A stretch of 56,900 nt of DNA from Phoronis australis (taxonomy: Eukaryota; Animalia; Phoronida), in NCBI GenBank assembly GCA_002633005.1, contig NMRA01000654.1, positions 1-56,900 on the forward strand, given 5' to 3'. Shown here in pieces: positions 1-11,216 of this stretch. The position numbers were made by a program, and so were the translations under genes. The notes below the pieces were generated by a model. The model ran no database searches, was not told where the DNA came from, and was given only the letters and a program-made list of their open reading frames with translations. The number at the start of each line of letters is the position of its first letter. Position 1 is the first letter of the stretch.

Positions 1-145
1 CCAAATTTGGTGAAAATCGGCTGACCCCCACCTTGCCGCTCATGGCTGGTGCTCTCGTGGACTAGTACTTAATTGACGCGTTTACTGCCTAAAACGATAT
101 GTATCCTGATTTGCCGTACATGCTCTATCACCATAGTCTCGCCAG

Positions 146-295
146 GCGTGCGTTCAGTAACGCTATGACCTACACCAGGACCTAGCTAAATTCTAGGCTA
201 TGTCACGTGTTCTCATTTAAAATACAATGCAATATCTCACGTTATCTCGTGAAGTCTTGCGTTTTAGCGAGATCTTAGCGTTATTGAACGGGAGC
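146..295. mobile_element. ~150-bp MITE (PIF/Harbinger-like), family A copy 1
   Basis: Imperfect TIRs GCGTGCGTTCAGTAACGCTA ... TAGCGTTATTGAACGGGAGC; CAG on both flanks (143-145, 296-298) = 3-bp TSD; homologous copies at 1506-1655 (inverted) and 49541-49646. Confidence 0.8.
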
Positions 296-314
296 CAGGT
301 CTTGTGTGTCGTAC

Positions 315-548
315 CTTCGCTTTCTGAGAGGTCATTTTCGACCACGTGAAAGGCTGTCATTATGTATTTGCTGCTCTCGTTTCCAACCAAAAACCCTGTG
401 CCATGTACTCCGTTCGACCATTTGATCTGAGCCACGGATTTCAGCTGCTGCCATAACGATTCGTACGACTTGGCGCAGAGCAGATGTTGTCGTCCTTTTT
501 GTACATCTCGTTGATATCCATACGAGTGTTTTGCTGATCTCTGTTTGC
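315..548 (-). CDS. probable internal exon of a trypsin-like (FAM111-like/Trypsin_2) serine peptidase gene continuing off the left end
   Basis: Acceptor tattcacAG|GC at 548, donor GAAG|GTACGA at 315; 234 nt, phase 1-1, open. Peptide ...LKSVAQIKWSNGVHGTGFLVGNESSKYIMTAFHVVE has the GTGFLV...xxTAxHVV signature around the catalytic His of trypsin-fold peptidases. Asp/Ser motifs and upstream exons were not found. Confidence 0.55.
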
Positions 549-1053
549 CTGTGAATACAATAGCATTACATCTATTCAAACTGGGTTATTTGGAAGTCAG
601 AACAAACCGTTTATTCCTTAAGCAGCTCCATGCAATAAAAGCCACGTTGTGTTCAAAGTAAGGTTGTTATGTAACAAAATTATAGTTTCCAATTAAAAAA
701 ATATATATGCAGTCCCTGCCAAATATTCATTTCCTGACGAGTTGAAGTACTTCATACTATGTTCTACAGAACGGGATAAAACTGAGTGAAACCAAGTAAT
801 CCGTCTACAACGGGGCTCTTCCATAAGAGAGTCCAGCCGCCAATTTGGGTGCGTGGTTTTGCCTCAAAAACATAGTCTCTGGTGGCCGCAGATGAAACGT
901 AACAAGTGACTTCGATGGAAATGTAGGGATTCAATGAAACTAGTATTGTCTCAGTGAGATATTTTAGTCACTTGATGTTGTTTCCGGCGGAGATGTCATC
1001 ACTTGGTATTGTCTAGCAGAGAGATTTTTGTCATGTGGTATTATCTTCGGGAG

Positions 1054-1201
1054 TTACATTTCTTGTACCTCTTGCTACTCTCATTTCACTACATGGATGT
1101 TACCTGACTGGAATGTCGACACTTGCTGTTTTATTGTATATAATTATTCTGATGATGTCTAATGAATAGACGAAACGTTGAACTTTGTTATTTGTGCGGC
1201 G
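1054..1201 (+). mobile_element. 148-bp insertion, probable truncated Penelope-like retroelement end
   Basis: Non-repeat sequence flanked by identical 14-mers ATTATCTTCGGGAG (1040-1053, 1202-1215); contains a minimal hammerhead motif. Confidence 0.6.
1147..1182 (+). ncRNA. minimal hammerhead-ribozyme-like motif (Penelope type)
   Basis: TT-CTGATGA-T-[GTCTA atgaa TAGAC]-GAAACGTTG-AA: core CUGAUGA, 5-bp stem II, GAAA, palindromic AACGTT stem III, very short stem I. Confidence 0.6.
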
Positions 1202-1385
1202 ATTATCTTCGGGAGAGATTTTATTATTTGGTCTTTCTAGGGTAGAGGTTTTCATCACTTGGTATTATCTTGGGGAGAGATTTTATCATTTGTTGGGGAG
1301 AGATTGTCGTCATAATAGTATTGTATCGGAGAGAGATGTTTTCTTTTGGTAGTGTCTAGGGGAGAGGTTTCCATAGGTTGGTTTT

Positions 1386-2230
1386 ATATTAATTGTTCAG
1401 CAATGTATCGCTAACCTGAATAATTTAGGTAAACATAACCACATCACATTTGCCGGAACGCCCGAGATTATTGGCGTCCAGCAGCTGATCGATTAGCGAA
1501 ATCTGCCTCCAGTTCAGTAACGCTAGGACCTCGCTAAAAAGCAAGACTTCGCGAGATTACGTGAAATATTGCCGTGTATTCTGAATGAGAGCACGTGACT
1601 TTGGCTAGATTTTAGCTAGGTCCTAGCGTAGGTCCTAGAGTTACTGAACGCACTCCAGGTTCAGAACTTGAATTTCACGGACCTGAACAAATATTACCTG
1701 TCCCTGATGCCAGCTGCATTTTAGAAATAAGAGATTAGTTATTTAAACGATGGAAAACATCTTGGGCTAACCAATGAGCTATATAGCTATATAGCTAATG
1801 GGGCTAACAGAAGTGACTGTAGAAGAACAAATTTAAAGCGGTGGTGAGCTGGATAACTCCCACTCTTACTACTAAGCTTTTGAGTATGCCCAGGTCTCAA
1901 CTGCAGTTGGTAATACAGGTGATAACAGGTCACTGTAACCTGCACAAACACAAGAAAAGAACAGGTCGAGCGAAAAATTCTTGCTCCTCAAAATGCTGGA
2001 TGAAACACCATAGCACCCTGTCGGTCGTTGTTTCACTCACCACAGCATTAAAAAGAATGATTTGAAAGTAAAACAGTTTCAGCGAAAACTGCCATAGCTA
2101 AGAAGAATATTAAAACACTTGCAAAATTCCTCGAACAGATTGGTAAGCTTGGTGAGTGTGAGCAATGAAATTAAAGCACAGTGTCTGTTGCAATGGGCCT
2201 GTAGAAGGCCAAAGTAACGTGTCGGCCTTT
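1386..2230 (+). pseudogene. decayed 3' fragment of an RNase H-containing non-LTR retrotransposon (LOA/R1/I-like)
   Basis: After removing the MITE at 1506-1655 the remnants read ...ADRLAKS/GSELEFHGPEQILPV (RNase H end) and VITGHCNLHKHKKRTG...C..KC...ETP.H...C (C-terminal zinc knuckle); contains frameshifts and stops. Confidence 0.7.
1506..1655. mobile_element. family A MITE copy 2 (inverted relative to 146-295), nested in the LINE fragment
   Basis: GTTCAGTAACGCTAGGACC ... GGTCCTAGAGTTACTGAAC inverted ends, CWG flanks, and body matching the reverse complement of 146-295. Confidence 0.8.
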
Positions 2231-2834
2231 TTGTTTTGCGGACTTTATTTCGCAAAATTCCGACACCGCTGTCGCATTAGCATTTTAGGGGAGAGATTTT
2301 ATCATATGGTATTGTTTAGCAGAGATTTTCATCATTTGCTATAGTCTCGGGAAGAGATTTTTGTCACTTTGTTTTGTCTCAATTTGGGCCTGTTCATTTT
2401 TCGTTTTCCCGCGTGCTCATGTATTGCGATGATCTGAATCTTGAATGTCTGTTGCCCCCACTCCCATCCTGAAGGGGAAGAGGGTTATGGCTCCATTTAT
2501 CAATTTCCAGTGTGGAAATGGGGTTTTAAATGTGTCTCCTAAATTCTCACAGTTGACAATGCACAAGAATTTGCAGACGCCAAGAATATTTTAGTATTTT
2601 GTTGGAAAAACCTTGACCACTCAACAATTGACTTTTTGGCTTTAGATATCACAGTTGCGATCACTAAGTTGGGAGAAATTCGAGGGCATGGCACATTTGC
2701 TCCCCCTCCCCCTCTAAGTCCGCACTTGGCTGTAAACATACTTTGTCGTCCATGTGCTTTTACTCAGAGTGTAAAAACACTCGATCGGCCGCCCACTCAG
2801 TCACTTGCCCTACCTATCCAGAACAAAGGGGGTA

Positions 2835-2990
2835 CACTTGATTGGCTTGGCCGGGCTCTCGGGTTAACCTGCTAAAACATCTGATTGGTTCTCATTGACG
2901 ACTTCCGGTTCGCAGATCAACTACATGTACATGTCTTCAGTTAGCGACTCTAACCTGGCAGAACCGGCCAAGTCAGTCAATCGAGTGCAG
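2835..2990. repeat. imperfect inverted repeat, probable old MITE
   Basis: CACTTGATTGGCTTGGCCGG...GGTTA pairs with TAACC...CCGGCCAAGTCAGTCAATCGAGTG. Confidence 0.45.
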
Positions 2991-3549
2991 CCAGTGAGAA
3001 CTACGTAGGCAGTTATAGGGTCTGCTTGATGATGGTATTTGGTGATTTCAAATTCAGTAAAACACGAGAAGGCTTTCTGGTACCGACACGGAAATGTCAC
3101 GTGAACATGTGTAATCTTCTTCAGAAGATTGGAGCTCCAAGTTGTTCGTCAAAGTAGTGCATTTGATGTGAAAGAGAGGACCCAGCCGAAGAGACGAATT
3201 ACAATTCATCACGTGACAATAGCCACGTGACAATAGCCACGTGACAACTGATTGTAAAGTACGTACAGATCTCGACTGCCTGTCTCGCTCTCCAACACTG
3301 TTGTGCCCGTCCTGCCAGTTTCCACATATCGTGTCTTCAGTTGCCTGTAAAAACAGATCGTTAAAGAGTGACTATGGTTTATATTTGTTTTTATTCAATA
3401 CAAGTTTACAGGAAGATGTAGAATCCCGAAAACTAATAACATGAGCATCACCACCACCACTCCCACTTATTTCAGAGCTGCGCTGCCCATGATAAATGTT
3501 CGTGGTAAATCTCTAAAACGCTTTACAGTTTTCGAAATTATTTTTTTTA

Positions 3550-3755
3550 TTTTATAACAAGAACTTAAGTCTGAGATTTGTTTTCAATTCTGAATCTTCC
3601 ACATTCGGTTATACAGTCAAAATCAAAGACAAAACGTAAGTCAAAAACTAAGTTAAATTTAAGATCTCTTTCTTTAAACGGTCTTGAGACAAATTTAAGT
3701 TTTATATTAAAATTGAGAGAAATTGTCTTAACTATTTATTTTTGAAAGGGCACCT
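3550..3755 (+). repeat. degenerate copy of the MITE at 51964-52204
   Basis: Shares blocks TAAGTCAAAAACT...TTAAGATCTCTTTCTT.AAA.GG.CTTGAGACAAATT with 52081-52130. Confidence 0.55.
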
Positions 3756-4312
3756 GGAATTTCAATTCCCGCACGTGACCAATGTACTCTATTACTAGAG
3801 CTTGCGACCCCGAGACTAGGCGCAAGAGTTTGCTCCGTGAACTTCCGGTTGTATGCTGGAATGAGTTTTGATCGAGAGTTGTAGCTACCAAATCAAGCCT
3901 AATTTCATTGCTTCATTTTTCGTGTTGTCATTTTTGTTCATCAAGCGAGACTCTTGAGGTTCCGCTCCATATAATCAGCGATTTCTCGGCAAAAGTAGTC
4001 AACAAACCCGATAATTACACTGGTCTTTCTTTGTACACACCGACCCATATCCCTGGCTGGATTTTGGGAATTGCCTGGCCTCTGATATCTTGTCAGCTTC
4101 AGTCTTAGAACCACTTTCAACAACCTATCACACTCATGCTAGGAGTTTCTTTAACAAGACATTTGTGGGTGTTAAAATCATGTTACAGTATTTTACAGAA
4201 AGAAGTGACATTCGGTTTGTGATTGTTTGTTCTGTAATTATGAATGAAAAGTTAGGCCTTACTAACAGGTGCGTAACTTTCGAAAAAAAAACATTCGTAT
4301 TTGTGTGGCTAA

Positions 4313-4465
<153 letters not shown>

Positions 4466-7156
4466 GTATACGTCCGCATTGTTTTCAATTATTTCTATAA
4501 TAATCCATATATGCAACATTTAGCTGCTCACCAGATGTCTTCGATAGTGACGAGAAATGAGCCTATTGTTGTCTGTAGTATATATTTACCTATACCCGTT
4601 AAATAAAATTTTTAAAAAGTTTACCTTGTAAAAGAACCCAATCCAGTACTTCGTGTTGCTGACAACGTACAGTGTATTTACCAATTATCCCGCACTTAAC
4701 GGACTGTCCCACTTTTTGATTTTTCCTGCCATACCGCCACACCATCAAAATGTCCTGCTTTTTGACCGACACGGTGTCGGGACATATTACCATATACTAC
4801 TATAATTTCCCTCTTGAATTAGCCCTACTTTACCTTTCGACTAAAAAGAAAAAACGGAGCGTTTCATGGGTTTTTGAGGCATCCGTAATTTCCTATTCGA
4901 CTTAAAACAAAAAAGCATGAAGCACCACCGTGCGCTTTTGTGTGTCATGTCTCCCGTTCGACAAAAAACGCTCTGATGGAACGTTTTGTGTGTTATAGCG
5001 AACATTTCACCTCCGTGTTTTGGCATAGACCCAGATTTTCCGTTTTTTATTCTGAAGACCCGCTTTTCAATGTTGTTGCCCTGTGTTTTCATTCTCGAAT
5101 GTCGACAGCTACATGTATGTAACAGGTGTTCAGGATAACTTTGTTGTCTCATTGTCATGAATATTATTATTTTTCAGAGTCCACTTTATTTAGTAACATA
5201 ATAACCGTGAAAATGTTTCGAATGTCTCTTGTTTACTGTAATACACATTGCATGGTAAATATTATTTCCTTTCTCAAGAAGTGCCACTCAGTTTACTCAT
5301 AATATAACCACTACATGCGCGCAAACAGGGTGCCTCGAGGGGCTCGAACGCAGTGTCCGCGAATAAAAGAAAACAAAAAATGGGACTATACGTTAAATTA
5401 TCCGTGAACTATGCGTAATGTAAATGTATTACAGGCCGAGATATTGATCGCAAAACTTTAACGAGCTAACAGTGTACGTACCAACACATGCTTAACTACT
5501 CTTACACAATAGGTGTATTTTTTTTAAGTAAACACACATTGCAAATATTTCTTCTACCCGAGTTATTGGCAAACAACGTTCAAAGTTGAATATCTCGTCG
5601 ATGCAGGTTACGCTTAGATTCTATTCCATAGAAAAGTTTTTGTCCCGCGCCATATCATACTATTTTGATACACACTAAATATCTAAGTGTATCTATTGGA
5701 AATGCAAAGGCCTGTCTCGAGTCAACTGTATTATTAGAAATTTCCCTAAATTCATGACCAAAACAGTCACAAGTCATAGGTAGGATTGTTCCTCGAAAAT
5801 TTAACCACGTCAAATCTAAACTACCTAATGTATATTCTACAACAGGACCCTTTGGCAGTCCCTTCTCATACTGTTGGAGGGTCCATGCAAAGGTATAGAT
5901 GAGTTATTTTACGGAACTTGTCCATTTCTTCAGTGGCTGGCGCTACCATGGAGATTTCGTCACGTCGTGAACACTAAAAATACACTCGATTTAGATGGTA
6001 AAACAGACTCCAAAGATTACTTCCTGATGTCACTGTTTTCAAGTCTTGTACACAGAATTTGTTGTTGGTGAGTAACACGTGTAATGATAGATCCAGTCAT
6101 TGGCGTACAGAAGAAGGATCAAGGGGGCAGTGGCCTCTGCATCCCCACCCCGAACGAAATAATGCGTTGTCAAAGAGTCGTTTTCGCCGCAGGCAGTACG
6201 TTAGTAAGCCAGAGCCTTACCTCAATCGTGTGCAAATTTTCCGTCCAGAGAGAGAGCCCAAGAGCCCAAACTTGTTACAAAAAAGAAAACGAGAAGGCTT
6301 GCCAGTAACTGCTAATCGGTTAACCTTCAAACACGGTTTTTACAAAACAAAATACAATGAATATGACTACAGCAAAAGTCTCACCCGTGCAAAGAAGATT
6401 AGTAAGATCATAGGTATTTTACCTTGGTATCTACACCTTAGCGGGTTGCAGGTGGCATAGGAAATTAACGAAAATGTCTATCCAAATAATAGTTGTTGTC
6501 AAATGATGATTTAATGAATCGCTTCTAAGATGCTGTTCTTGTTTCTTGTCCACTTTTGTTGCTGAACGGAGGGGAGCGAACCTCTGAGACTCACCTTCCG
6601 CTAAACTCGCGTCTTTCTAATGGCGCGGCTGCAAAACTAACTTCGCTGATGAAAACTGGAGTTCGTTCGTTGACACTGCTGTGTTACTAGTTGAAAAGAT
6701 CACGTAATGTTTCGCAGTTTGGCGATTCATTTCGCAGCCTACAGTAACCTTCGTCAACCGACCGTCACTAAGGAATGATTGGACGGTCATTTGGATTATT
6801 AACTCTATGTAGTATGAATTTCGTGCAAACAAGTTAAAAATATTCTTCAAACTACCTATTAACAATATTACCTTTTTCCTATGGTTTTGATCTGGTCCTT
6901 TCTCCAGCTATCGTCCGTTTTTCCCACCTTGCCGATTGATAGGCACAAAATTGACGCTTGGCCGATTAAACATCATTAATAAACTAGTAAAAGCTATTCC
7001 ATTATACCGCACCACCGATATTTCTCCGAAAAATCAATCTGGTAGGTAAATATTAATTTCGGTTTCAAAATGAAATGATTGTTCGCAGCGAGGTATATCG
7101 TTCCGCCGTGAAGCAGTGGATAGAAAGTGCATAACGGGTGGCACATAAGGGGACCA

Positions 7157-7729
7157 ATGACCGGTTCCATGAAACAGTCCCAAATAGGGACTCAACTAAG
7201 TTCCCTAAATCTACCGCGTGTTTATGGATTTGTGAAAACACTGATTGTCCTTTCTTATGCTGTTTGAGTTTGATTACTAAGTCAACTTTTGATTTTGATA
7301 CAAATTGAGAGTGAACTCAATGTTGAATTCTCAATATTATCGAAAATGTTTAGGGATCTTTTCATGCAACACTCCTAACTTAAGGACTAAGTCCCTATTT
7401 GTTTTCATTGAATTCTGGGCTCAGATTTTAGATTTATTTATTAGAAAATGTCAGTAGTCAAAGGGGAGCTCACAATAACAATGAAATGACAAGAAAAGAT
7501 TAAATCTGTGAGTAAACAAAGACGCAAATAGGGCAAAAGATTTAGGGATCCAGGGGGGCCAGGGCAGAGTATTAGCCAGGATTTTGCCCGTCAGACATTC
7601 GCGCCCCTGAACTGCCAAATGTAATCTGGGAGAATTTTAGGGGGGCATGGCCCCCTTGGCCCCCCTCTAAATCCACCACTTGGATCTTAGTTTAGTCCCT
7701 ATTTGGGAGTGTTTCATGCAACTCGGCAC
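7157..7729. mobile_element. MITE with ~50-bp TIRs (Harbinger-like), family B; right TIR split by a nested element
   Basis: CATGAAACAGTCCCAAATAGGGACTCAACTAAGTTCCCTAAATCT versus AGATTTAGGGATC|...|TTAGTTTAGTCCCTATTTGGGAGTGTTTCATG; a partial inverted copy lies at 48540-48860. Confidence 0.8.
7551..7681 (-). mobile_element. ~130-bp MITE family C nested in the family B TIR
   Basis: GGATC duplicated on both sides (7546-7550, 7682-7686); reverse complement matches 36541-36649 + 38102-38144. Confidence 0.75.
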
Positions 7730-8220
7730 TGGAGGACACGGTGTAGCATTCTGACGTCAAAGTATAGAAGGCTGTGGAGAAAACGCATAACGGACCTCGG
7801 ACAAGGGGACCAGGGTACACAGTGTAACATTCCGCCGTAAAGAAGTGTACAAGGCTGTGGAGAAAGTACATGTAGCATGCAACGGGAGTAAGTCGAGCGA
7901 TGTACGCAAAAAGTTATCAGAGAAATTGCAAATTTTTATCTTTTACGAAAATACCAATTTGCAAAAATAATCTTGATTTGAATTTTATTTCATGACTAAT
8001 GAAATAAACGTCGCCAACATTGAAGAAGCAATTCGAGATTCGTGTATTTCCTAGAAGTGATATTCTTACGCTTTCTCAGTTCTTCTCGTGCCTCTAGAAT
8101 CATATTTGGTCTTGAGAGGCGTACGAAAAACGGTTTGATATCACATTCATGCATTTTCTTGATGCGATTTCATTTAAATGAAAAGAAACAAAAAACGTAT
8201 TTATTTATTAATTTCGCATC

Positions 8221-8406
8221 TAGATCACAAACACTTTTAAGTGTGATCTGCATGCCACCTGTTGGCTACATCGCATGACCTAATGATCATCAGTCTGTAA
8301 AGATTTTTGCCCTGGCCGGGACTCGAACCCGGGACTTTCTGCTAACCGTCTAGACACTACTTGTCCACTGTGGCGTGCAGACATGCTTAAAAATGTTTGT
8401 GATCTA
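8221..8406. mobile_element. TIR element with an internal tRNA-like (B-box) segment
   Basis: ~37-bp inverted ends TAGATCACAAACACTTTTAAGTGTGATCTGCATGCCAC / GTGGCGTGCAGACATGCTTAAAAATGTTTGTGATCTA; on the minus strand the core reads TCCCGGGTTCGAGTCCCGGCCAGGGC (T-arm/B box). Confidence 0.7.
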
Positions 8407-10659
8407 TATTTCTACACCGGTTCAAGATTTACATATTTATATTCGCATCTAGCAGTAATTGCACAACAATCGGGATGATAGTCGAGCTGAGGCATACAAC
8501 AAACTGTTCATAATAGAAGTTGGCCGTGTGCCAGAAAGACCTGTCTTAAGGTGATAATTGCCCGAAAACTTGACGAGCTCTCGAGAATGATTTTGAGAGA
8601 GGGTCTTTCAGGTACACATTCAGTAAAGTCAGATTATGAATGTGTTACCACAGTTACCCAGCGGACATGCATCAACGTGAAATAAAAAGTACATGTAAAC
8701 TAAAATTATTGTGCCTTAGAGTGTCATGCAGCTTTATAGTTCGCTGCTAAGTTATTCGACGTCCTATATATGACCAGGCATGAGACAGAATATTGAAGCC
8801 ATGTATTCTCTGCTGTGACACTGCACAGGTACTTTCATCAGACGCTCAGTTCCGAGCGATTGAAAATAATAATCCCGCTAGTAGTTCCTTATTGTTCGTA
8901 GCAGTTCACAAATCATTCGCTGAGGTGGCGCCACCAGTCACGCATAGCAGTATAGGTAGTATTTTGAAGTTTACTGTGGGAATAGCGTGTAACTGGCATA
9001 TGAATAAGCTAAATTCATTCGATTCTTGGACTCAAAATATTTCTTCGAGATCGAGGCGTACCATTTAGAGCACAGTTGGAGGTTGGTTCGATAGCCCGAG
9101 GGGCCGATATTCCGGAATGTGACGAGTCTTCGGCTCACATATTTACTTTTTTCATACCTTTGTGAATTTATACTTTGGCAACGGATTGAAGCTTGCGATA
9201 TCCGACATTAGAATGCCAGCTTGTTAACCAATTGAAAACTGAACAAAGATATTTAACTAGGCTTGTAGAAAAGGCGGGAGTCATTGAAGTATAAAAACTT
9301 GTAAATCCTTATCAGATTTTTAAATTGTCACTATTTCTTACAAAATTCCATCACTGATAAGTGCAACGTATTATTTTTGCGATTCCCTGATGCCCGCATT
9401 TAAGCGCCGGCTCATCATTTGAAGCTACGCCTATATTCGGAATCAAGTGCTTGCGCACGCGAACCAATCCTTGAAACTGATATGAGGCTCTGTCGCACGC
9501 CAACACTGCTATTTCGCTCGCGGAGTGCAGTGAATATTTTCGTTAATGCTCGCTCAGTACGCCTAGCACACAAATGCCTACTGGCTTCCTCATTTTTTCG
9601 GTCCAGATTAAACACTTACGTTTGTTTTGCACTTGGAAATTTTAGGCTTATGTTAAAAATTATTGGAATTTTCAAAAATTGCACCCATGAAAGAGTTCAC
9701 CTGACAAAGCGCCTATTAAAAACAAGAAATTTGAATGAACCAGTGTTTAAAAACTGTTTTGTGACTTAAGAAAAAGCTGCTAATGAAATCCCACTGTAAA
9801 CTCAATCCTGCGTTTTTATCCAATAAGTTGAACTTTTAGAATGAATTCTGACTTTTGCGTTTGCGACGATGAAAATGTTATGTTAATTAAAATGTCAATG
9901 TTTATGCCAATTACCAGTGTGGAGTGACGAAACATATTTTCACCGTTGGGCTTAATGAAATATTATTCTAATATCTTGCTTATGGCGTTCAGTTATGCGT
10001 GCACTCAAAAGTAACTTGTTTACAAAAGAATGCATTTATTTCCATCAGCCATTTTTCAGAAAAAAGCACTCGCTCGGGGCGCTTATTCGGATGGTTCCGA
10101 AATCAAACCAGGTGTTAGTTTTAGTTAAAATGGAAAAATAAATCAACATAAAAGACACAGAGATGGGCTGACATTGCTTGGAAAATATATAGTCCAATGA
10201 CAACTTCAATTGAGTCTTTTACGCTCATTTAAGAAAAGATTGTGGTGGAGAGCATTTTCTATACCACACTAAATTTGCTTATTTAATTCTTATTAATGAA
10301 ATTTAATGGTCTTGGTATAATTTTCACGCTATTACGTCTGCAAGTGATGGCCAAAACCTTTAACCTGATCTGAACATAATTGTCCTTTGGTCGCGCTGGT
10401 TATCATTGTCGCACACAGTACTCAGCTCAGTAGGACTCTATTCCAAAATCTCTGACAAACATCATGATTGGGTCTCCTGAATCTGTTCAAAATACTTATT
10501 TTTTATCCATGCGGCAAACATTTTTTTCTGATCAGTGCTTAAAAGCAGAATTTTTTAAAACAAAAATATTGGTGTGCCAAATTTTATAGTAATAGGCAGT
10601 GATGGTCAACATGTGTCCTGAAGCCTACAGGTGCGTTAATTGTAAACATCAATATTTTT

Positions 10660-11216
10660 CCCAGAAAACTGCGCAAATCAAAATGGCGGCAACCAACAAA
10701 GAGGTGAGCCGTGTCGTTCAATGCGCTATATTATCTCATTGGACGTAACTTGTGTCGTTGAACCGGAGGAATATGCGAATGGCTAAATCCCATGATTATT
10801 ATTTGAAACTGATCGCCCTTAGTTGAAAAAGTTGGTTAAAATTATATAATTTTATTCAAATGTAACTTGATTTAGTGCAGTGCAAACTTTTATGAACATG
10901 AACGTGATTATTTGAGTGAACTTGTCATGTTGTCTCGCGTATCCTAAGTTCACGCAACACTCACTTCCGCTTAATCTTGAGATTAAGGATCCAAGTTCAC
11001 GTACAGCAACACTACCCAGTGACGACTACTAAACACATCTAACCGCTGCGGTCACCACTAGGTGTCAGACTACCTCGATCATGTGACAACCGCAATGAAT
11101 AACAACAAGGCTAGGTCACGTTTGATCACGCTTAGCAAATTTCAACTGAAAGTCCCTGTCTCTTTGATTAAGAATTATTGAATGGAGTGATAATTTCTTC
11201 GATAGCACAGGTTAGT
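10660..11216 (+). promoter_or_regulatory. probable promoter and non-coding first exon(s) of the ZIP gene
   Basis: YY1-like AAAATGGCGGC (10680), ATTGG (10738), CACTTCCG (10962); candidate donors GAG|GTGAGC (10703) and CAG|GTTAGT (11210); strong acceptor tttgcatttcAG| at 12460, upstream of the ATG. Confidence 0.4.

Larger units (their letters stand above)
941..1385 (+). repeat. degenerate ~32-bp minisatellite (GGTATTRTCTnnGGAGAGATTTTnTCAnTT); continues at ~2283-2380
   Basis: GGTATT recurs at 1005, 1037, 1261 etc. The array is interrupted by the 1054-1201 insert and by the LINE fragment at 1386-2230. Confidence 0.75.

Noticed and set aside
3941-4123. possible LINE ORF1 remnant (GRC..R...VIIGFVDY)
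   Set aside because: Similarity is too weak and short to support without a profile search.
8306-8370. functional tRNA gene on the minus strand
   Set aside because: Only the T-arm/B box is recognisable; no complete D-arm, anticodon arm or acceptor stem.
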